DNA of 64,000 bases, from assembly GCA_964291415.2 (NCBI GenBank), contig OZ219918.1:1-64000 (forward strand), given 5' to 3'. The position numbers and the translations under genes are program-made. This DNA is from Alphaproteobacteria bacterium. GTDB lineage: Bacteria > Pseudomonadota > Alphaproteobacteria > SP197. Positions within the stretch are counted from its first letter, which is position 1. Each line of letters begins with the position of its first letter. Below, piece by piece: positions 58,503 through 64,000 of this stretch. Under the pieces are notes generated by a model, which was not told the DNA's origin, searched no databases, and saw nothing but the letters and a program-made list of their open reading frames with translations.

Positions 58503-60575
58503 TCAGAACGAGTACTTGACGGAGGCGGTGACGAAGTCGCGGTCGCTCAGTTCGTTACCCTCGCCCGCGAGGCGCGTATAGCTCACGTTGGCCTGCCAAC
58601 TGCTCAGGTAGTCGGCACGCAAGCCGAGCGTGACAGCAGTCCGGTCCTCGACGAACGGACCGCTGGGCGCGGGACTGTTGCCGCTGACATCGTGCAGGAA
58701 CTGCATGTACGGGTAGAGATTGATCGACCCGACGGCGTTGTTGTAGTCGAGCCGCGCCGCGAGCCTGTAGCCCCAGGAGGTGGCATCGGCGTCGGCCTCA
58801 CCCTCGGCGAGCGTACCGCCGGCAGGGCTCTCCAGGGGCGTGACGGCCTTGTCCGGCATGCCGTGCACGTGCATCACGGCGGCCTCGGTCACGAAGACGA
58901 CGGCGTCCGCGCCCATGGCGGGCCCAAACACCTTCGTGGCGGTGGCCTGGAGTTGGCTGACGTCGTGCCTGACATACCCCTGGACCGCGCTTGGAGCGTA
59001 GCCGCTCAGGAAGGCCTGGAGGTTAGCTCCCGCCTGTTGTGCCGCGTGCGCGGCAGCTTGTGCTCCAGCCAAATCTCCGGCGGCCTGCAGCGCGGCTGCC
59101 CGGGCTTGGGCTGCTCCCGCAGCGCCCGCCAGTCCCAGTGCCGTGTTGATGGGTGCCAGACCGTCCTCAATCACCTTCCGCTCCGCTCTCTGCAACGGTG
59201 CATCGCGGCGGAATGAGTACTCGCCCTGCAGCGCCCAGCCCGAAGTGCCGAGCAGGGTGTTGAAGCTCAGGCCAAAGAGCTGGATGTCCTCGGGATAGTC
59301 AAGAAAATAGGTTCCTTGCTGGCCGTATGCGTCAATACCGGCCTGCGCCGCGACCAGAGGAGCAACAGCGCTCGCGTAGTCCTGGGTATTCTTGGCAATG
59401 CCGCCGCATGCTGCACTCGCCATGGGAGAGGGGCATCCCGCGGCAGCCAAGGCCTGACCGACGAGGGTTCTGACAGCCCCAGGGGCGGCTGCTCCAGCCG
59501 CTCCGGCGGCCGCGAGGCCCGCGTTCACGGCCTCCAAGGGAGCGGTCTGGGCGGCGACCGTGGGCAGGCGGCTATGGTAATTCATGGCGTAGAAGCCGAA
59601 TTCGGTGTCGTTGAGATCCGCCGCGAAGTAGCGCATCGCCAACCCCCACTGTCCGGTGTCGTCAGGAGTCCGGTCAGGGCCGCGGGGCACGTTCATGAAG
59701 TGAGGATCCGCCGCGATTTGGAATGCCGCGTAAAGGCGGTCTTCGGAGGTTACGCCTTCGTCACCCAACTGGACTCCGGGGATGACGAGCCGGGGGTCTT
59801 CAATCACCGCCCGGTTAGCTCCCGCTCCCGCATAGTCCACGCTCGAGAAGTAGCTGCCGACCGGGTCGATCCGCGTCTCCTCCCATTCGAGCTGGTAGAA
59901 GGCCTCCAGCGTCAGGTCGTCGGTCGGCGACACGGAGAGCGACGCCAGCCCGACCGGCAACAGCGCCTCGCGCAACTCCGAGCCCGGCTGCCTCAGCTTG
60001 CTCACGTCGAAGTGGTTCACGGCGTTGACGCCGTTGGGAATGAAGGTGCTCTCGCCCCAGTTGAGCACGTGGCGGCCGAGCCGCGCGTCGACGATCGCGT
60101 CGTCAATGTCGAAGGATCCGGTGACGTAGGCGTCGAGCACCTCGAAGTCCTGGCCCACCAGTTCCTTTGCCTCGTCGCTCAGCGGAGTGCGCTCCCGCGT
60201 CCCGCGCTCGTTTTCGAAGTCAATGAACCCGGTGGCCCGGACGAACGCGCCGAACGCGCCGCGGCGGACATCGAGGTCGGTGGTGAACTTCGACGTGTTG
60301 GAGACGATGCCCCGGTCGTAGTTGAGGTCGCCGTCGTTGCCGTTGGTGTCGGCGGCCAGCTCGGGGTCGCGATCCTCGACGCGAATCGTGACGCCGTGGG
60401 TGATCGTGGTGCCCAGGCTCCCCTGGAGTTCCCCGTCGCCGAACTCGATCGCCCGCGCCGGCGGCGTCTGCAGGAGCCCGCACAGGAGAGCGGCAGCCGC
60501 GGCCACGGCGACCGAGCCCGTGGCGCGCCCCGGATGAAGCCATCCGATCGCGTCAAATTCGCGTGTGTTCCTCAT
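58503..60575 (-). CDS. DUF1302 domain outer-membrane protein
   Basis: NDGDLNYD, GRHVLNWGESTF, PGSELRE, YHSRLP, YPEDIQLFGLSF and C-terminal DRDFVTASVKYSF. Confidence 0.92.
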   Translation of the reverse strand: MRNTREFDAIGWLHPGRATGSVAVAAAAALLCGLLQTPPARAIEFGDGELQGSLGTTITHGVTIRVEDRDPELAADTNGNDGDLNYDRGIVSNTSKFTTDLDVRRGAFGAFVRATGFIDFENERGTRERTPLSDEAKELVGQDFEVLDAYVTGSFDIDDAIVDARLGRHVLNWGESTFIPNGVNAVNHFDVSKLRQPGSELREALLPVGLASLSVSPTDDLTLEAFYQLEWEETRIDPVGSYFSSVDYAGAGANRAVIEDPRLVIPGVQLGDEGVTSEDRLYAAFQIAADPHFMNVPRGPDRTPDDTGQWGLAMRYFAADLNDTEFGFYAMNYHSRLPTVAAQTAPLEAVNAGLAAAGAAGAAAPGAVRTLVGQALAAAGCPSPMASAACGGIAKNTQDYASAVAPLVAAQAGIDAYGQQGTYFLDYPEDIQLFGLSFNTLLGTSGWALQGEYSFRRDAPLQRAERKVIEDGLAPINTALGLAGAAGAAQARAAALQAAGDLAGAQAAAHAAQQAGANLQAFLSGYAPSAVQGYVRHDVSQLQATATKVFGPAMGADAVVFVTEAAVMHVHGMPDKAVTPLESPAGGTLAEGEADADATSWGYRLAARLDYNNAVGSINLYPYMQFLHDVSGNSPAPSGPFVEDRTAVTLGLRADYLSSWQANVSYTRLAGEGNELSDRDFVTASVKYSF

Positions 60576-60815
60576 GGTACCCCCCTGTCACAATCCAGGC
60601 CGCGGACGCGAAGACGCCCGGCGATCCTCCCAACAAGCCGCGCGAATTAGAACACAAATCCGTACGCCAGACCAAGCCCCCTCGAACGGTCGAGGTGGAC
60701 AATGCGGGAGCCGTCTCCGGCACGGCGGCAATCCGGCGGCCGTTGACGCCGAAAAGCCGGGTGTGGCGCGTCTTCAAACCCGGTGATTTCGTCGTGCCCG
60801 ACAACCGCAGGATGA

Positions 60816-61748
60816 TCAGGGCTTGATGATCCATCGCACATGGCGGGATTCGGCCGTGATCACCAACCGGACAAGCCGTGCGGCCTCACGCCAGGCAACG
60901 GACACCGGCCGGTTCCTGGCGACGGCAAGCGAGAGCGTCCTCGCCATGACGGGCTCAACGATCCTGGAGGCGGCCAGGGTCGCGGAATGTCTGCGGACGA
61001 TGCTGAAGGGCAGGATGGCGAAGCCCTCGCCAGCCTCGACGAGGTCGATCAGCGGACCGTTCGTGTCTATCTCCATGACGACATCGGGCGTGAGGCCGCT
61101 GGATGCAAAGGCCTTGTCCGTCACCGACCGGAAGCCGCCGGGAAGGCCGTTGAGGATGAGCGGCAGCCGCGCCACGTCGGACAGTGGTATCGTCGGCTGC
61201 CGCGTCTCCGGCGCGCCCGCTGGCCCGACAAGGTAGAACTCCTCGGTGAACAGGACCTCGACGTTGCCGGCCGGCCGCGGATGGGTGTCGGCGACGATGC
61301 CAAGATCGGCAGCGTTGGTGTCCAGCATGCTGGGAATGCCGGAACTGTGGGCGGTGATGGTGCGCACGGCAGCGTTCCTGTGGAGTCCCCGGAACTGCTT
61401 GACGAGCGGTGCGAAGATGACGGCGCCGACACTGTCGGGAGCGGCGAGCCGGACTTCGCCGACAAGTGTTTCCCGCAATGTCTGGAGTTGATCGAGAGCG
61501 CGGTCATGGAAGCGGAGAACCTGTTCGGCATTCTCGAGGAAGTGCTGTCCGGCGGTGGTCAGGGCAACGCCGTGGCCGGAACGGATCAGCAGTGGCGTGG
61601 CGGCGAGGGATTCAAGGCGTTTCACGAGGCGGCTGACGGCTGGCTGAGGCACCGACAGGGCGTTTGCGGCTCCGGTCACGCTCCCGTGCCTGGCTACGGC
61701 GACAAAGCCCCGCAGCTGGTTGAGCGTGATATCGGGCCGGCGCGGCAT
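60816..61748 (-). CDS. LysR family transcriptional regulator
   Basis: QLRGFVAVARHGSVTGAANAL.VPQPAVSR HTH and LTTAG; divergent from the dioxygenase. Confidence 0.92.
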   Translation of the reverse strand: MPRRPDITLNQLRGFVAVARHGSVTGAANALSVPQPAVSRLVKRLESLAATPLLIRSGHGVALTTAGQHFLENAEQVLRFHDRALDQLQTLRETLVGEVRLAAPDSVGAVIFAPLVKQFRGLHRNAAVRTITAHSSGIPSMLDTNAADLGIVADTHPRPAGNVEVLFTEEFYLVGPAGAPETRQPTIPLSDVARLPLILNGLPGGFRSVTDKAFASSGLTPDVVMEIDTNGPLIDLVEAGEGFAILPFSIVRRHSATLAASRIVEPVMARTLSLAVARNRPVSVAWREAARLVRLVITAESRHVRWIIKP

Positions 61749-61896
61749 GGTAGGGGAGGGACCGTTACGCCTGCTGCCTTGGAAAGCGGGAGACACCATA
61801 CCCTCAACAGCATGGCGAACATACCTTTTCGGGAAGGATGTGTGGACCGGTCATGAGCGTATTGTTGCAGACTTGGGCCAAGCGAATGGAGTGGTC

Positions 61897-63111
61897 ATGG
61901 ACACCATCGCGCATTCCGGTCCCTGCACCATGTCCGCAGACCCGTTACGCATCAGCGGACTTTCCCGCGGCGGGCGCGGATTGATCCTGCGCTGGCGGGA
62001 CGGTTCGGAGAGTTTCTTTCACCACATCTGGCTTCGCGACTGCTGCCATTGCCCGACGTGCGGCGATTGCTATTCGAGCAACCGCTGGATGGTGCCGTGC
62101 GACGTTCCGCTGGATGTGCATCCCCGCGGCGTGCGGATCGATGCCCGCGGCGACCTCGTTGTGGAGTGGGAACCGGATGGCCATGTCTCCCGCTACACGG
62201 GCCGCTGGCTTCACGAGAACCGGTATGATGCTCCCGCAAGGGAGAATCGCCGCTTTCATCCGGTCCTGTGGGACAGCCAGACTCCCGGCCAGCCACCCGC
62301 ATTCGATTTTGCCGATGTGCGGGATTCGGACAGCAATCGTCTCGCCCTTTTCCGGGCATTGCGCGATTGTGGTTGCGCCTTCATCACGAATGGTCCGTGC
62401 CGGCCGGGAGCCGTCGAGGACGTGGCATCGCTGGTTGGCGGCCTCGGGGAGTCGGCCTACAGCCGGATCTTCGACCTGACGCCGAAGGCAAGCGTCCGCA
62501 CCGCCGGCAACACCACGAGACCGGTTCCGCCGCATACCGACGAGGCGTATCGCTATGCGCCTCCCGGGCTGATGATCCTTGGTTGCGTGCGCCAGGCGAG
62601 CGAGGGGGGCGACACCGTTCTTGTCGACGGCTTCCGGATTGCTGCGGCGCTGAAAGAGGAGGATCCGGATGCCTACTCTCTGCTGGTCCGGCATGAACAG
62701 AACTTCGTCCGGATACACGAAGGAACGCTGAACCAGCAGGTGCGTGCGCCGATGATCGCGCTCGACAGCCAGGGCGACGTCTGCGGCGTGAGAATTCACA
62801 CCCGGTCATCGGGTCCGCTGGATCTTCCCGCTGACCTCGTGGAGCCATACTACGCGGCCTACCACCATCTCACCCGGCTGATGATGGCGCCTGAATACCA
62901 GGTGCGCCGCGCCCTTCAACCCGGCGATTTCGTCATGTTCGACAACCACCGAACGCTGCATGCGCGCACGGGCTTTGCCGATACCGGGCGGCATTTCCAG
63001 ATCTGCAATGTTCCGCGCGAGACGCTCCACGAACGCCTGCGCCTGCTGGCGGCGGCTCAGGGCTGTGCCGGTGAGGCGCGGATGATGCTTCCGGCCGGCG
63101 CCATTCGCTGA
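61897..63111 (+). CDS. TauD/TfdA-family dioxygenase, gamma-butyrobetaine hydroxylase-like
   Basis: N-terminal WLRDCCHCPTC Zn site and W.PDGH.S, HTD, GGDTVLVDGF and FDNHRTLHART. Confidence 0.9.
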   Translation: MDTIAHSGPCTMSADPLRISGLSRGGRGLILRWRDGSESFFHHIWLRDCCHCPTCGDCYSSNRWMVPCDVPLDVHPRGVRIDARGDLVVEWEPDGHVSRYTGRWLHENRYDAPARENRRFHPVLWDSQTPGQPPAFDFADVRDSDSNRLALFRALRDCGCAFITNGPCRPGAVEDVASLVGGLGESAYSRIFDLTPKASVRTAGNTTRPVPPHTDEAYRYAPPGLMILGCVRQASEGGDTVLVDGFRIAAALKEEDPDAYSLLVRHEQNFVRIHEGTLNQQVRAPMIALDSQGDVCGVRIHTRSSGPLDLPADLVEPYYAAYHHLTRLMMAPEYQVRRALQPGDFVMFDNHRTLHARTGFADTGRHFQICNVPRETLHERLRLLAAAQGCAGEARMMLPAGAIR

Positions 63112-63167
63112 AACTCGACCACCGGGATCGCCCTGCCGCCGCTCAGGGGATCGATCGTCCTTGCCAA

Positions 63168-64000
63168 TCAGGCATCGCAGCAACGCTGGCCTGGAACGGG
63201 TGATCCGGTCGGGTCCTGGACGGACCCTTCGAGCGACGTGCCGAGGAAACGGATGGCTTCGTCCACGCCGCCTTCACCGTGGTCCACCTTCAGCGCTGTC
63301 ATGGCGGTTTCGATCACCGAGAGTGTCCCGAGCACCATCGGGGCATTGACATGACCCATGTGGGCGATGCGAAAGGCACTGCCCGAGAGTTCGGGCCCGA
63401 TGCCGATGCCTATGGTGACGCCGCAGACATCACGGCAGAAGGCGATCAGGGGCGCCGGGTCGATACCGTTTGCGCGCACGGTGGTGACGGAGTTCGCGCG
63501 CTCGCCAGGCTCGGTGATGTTGAACTCGAGGGCATCTCCACGGCACCACCGGGCCACGGCTGTTCTGACCGTCTCGGCGAGCAGGCGGTGCCGTTCGATG
63601 ACGTTTGGAAGTCCCTCCTCGAAGAGCATCTTCAGGGATTCGTCCAGGCCGAAGAGGAGATGTTCGGGCGCCGTGCCGCAGTACTTCATGTAGTGCTCGG
63701 GCCCGTCGCGAAACTCCCAGTCCCAATAGTGGGTGACGAGGTCGGCGTGTGCGCGGCGTTCCCTGGCCCTGCTGCCGACACCGTTGAACCCCAGGCCCGG
63801 AGGGACCATCAGCCCCTTTTGCGATCCGGCCACCGCGACATCGACGCCCCAGGCGTCCATCTCGAAGGGCATGGAGCACAGTGAAGCAATGGTGTCGACC
63901 ATGAGAAGGGCGTCGTGGCCAGCCATGTCCATGGCTCCGCGAATCGCCGGAATGTCGTTGACGACGCCGGAGGCGGTGTCGATCTGCACCGTGAGAACCG
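63168..64000 (-). CDS. Class V aminotransferase (serine/alanine--glyoxylate type), 5' end cut by the window edge
   Basis: DTASGV, VDTIASL, GSQKGLMVPPGL and FRIAHMG. Confidence 0.9.
   Translation of the reverse strand, partial: VLTVQIDTASGVVNDIPAIRGAMDMAGHDALLMVDTIASLCSMPFEMDAWGVDVAVAGSQKGLMVPPGLGFNGVGSRARERRAHADLVTHYWDWEFRDGPEHYMKYCGTAPEHLLFGLDESLKMLFEEGLPNVIERHRLLAETVRTAVARWCRGDALEFNITEPGERANSVTTVRANGIDPAPLIAFCRDVCGVTIGIGIGPELSGSAFRIAHMGHVNAPMVLGTLSVIETAMTALKVDHGEGGVDEAIRFLGTSLEGSVQDPTGSPVPGQRCCDA

Noticed and set aside
1-64000. CRISPR arrays, tRNA or rRNA genes, integron attC arrays, reverse transcriptases
   Set aside because: None were seen on manual reading; no regularly spaced repeats were found, though short RNAs could be missed without a search tool.

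Overview
GC-rich bacterial DNA, most likely from an alphaproteobacterium: the rpsP-rimM-trmD-rplS-leuC-leuD-leuB-asd gene order and an alphaproteobacterial HlyU-type gene point that way. The many Fe(II)/2OG dioxygenases, decayed toxin-antitoxin loci and cargo-carrying IS elements suggest a host-associated (for example sponge-symbiont-like) lifestyle, which is inference only. The window holds five enzymes of vitamin B6 degradation pathway I with a BMP-type ABC importer and a divergent pyridoxal kinase. It also holds a housekeeping block, amine and amino-acid catabolic genes, a type II R-M pair with an IS630 at its stop codon, and an IS91-family element with a tyrosine recombinase inserted in a type I hsdS relic. 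Further along are two back-to-back IS1595-family cargo transposons, a DUF1302-DUF1329-YCF48-RND operon with a P450, and a LysR plus dioxygenase pair. The best candidate for something undescribed lies in the two IS1595 transposons. Each carries, upstream of an inward-pointing cargo gene, a homologous structured leader RNA (conserved GUCGGG...GAAUAnAACA...CGGCCCGGCA scaffold). Its variable segment is antisense to an element-specific target at the predicted transcript start and partly to a second target nearer the cargo gene, like phage c4/CI antisense immunity RNAs. All homology calls are from recognition of motifs and remembered family sequences; no searches were run.
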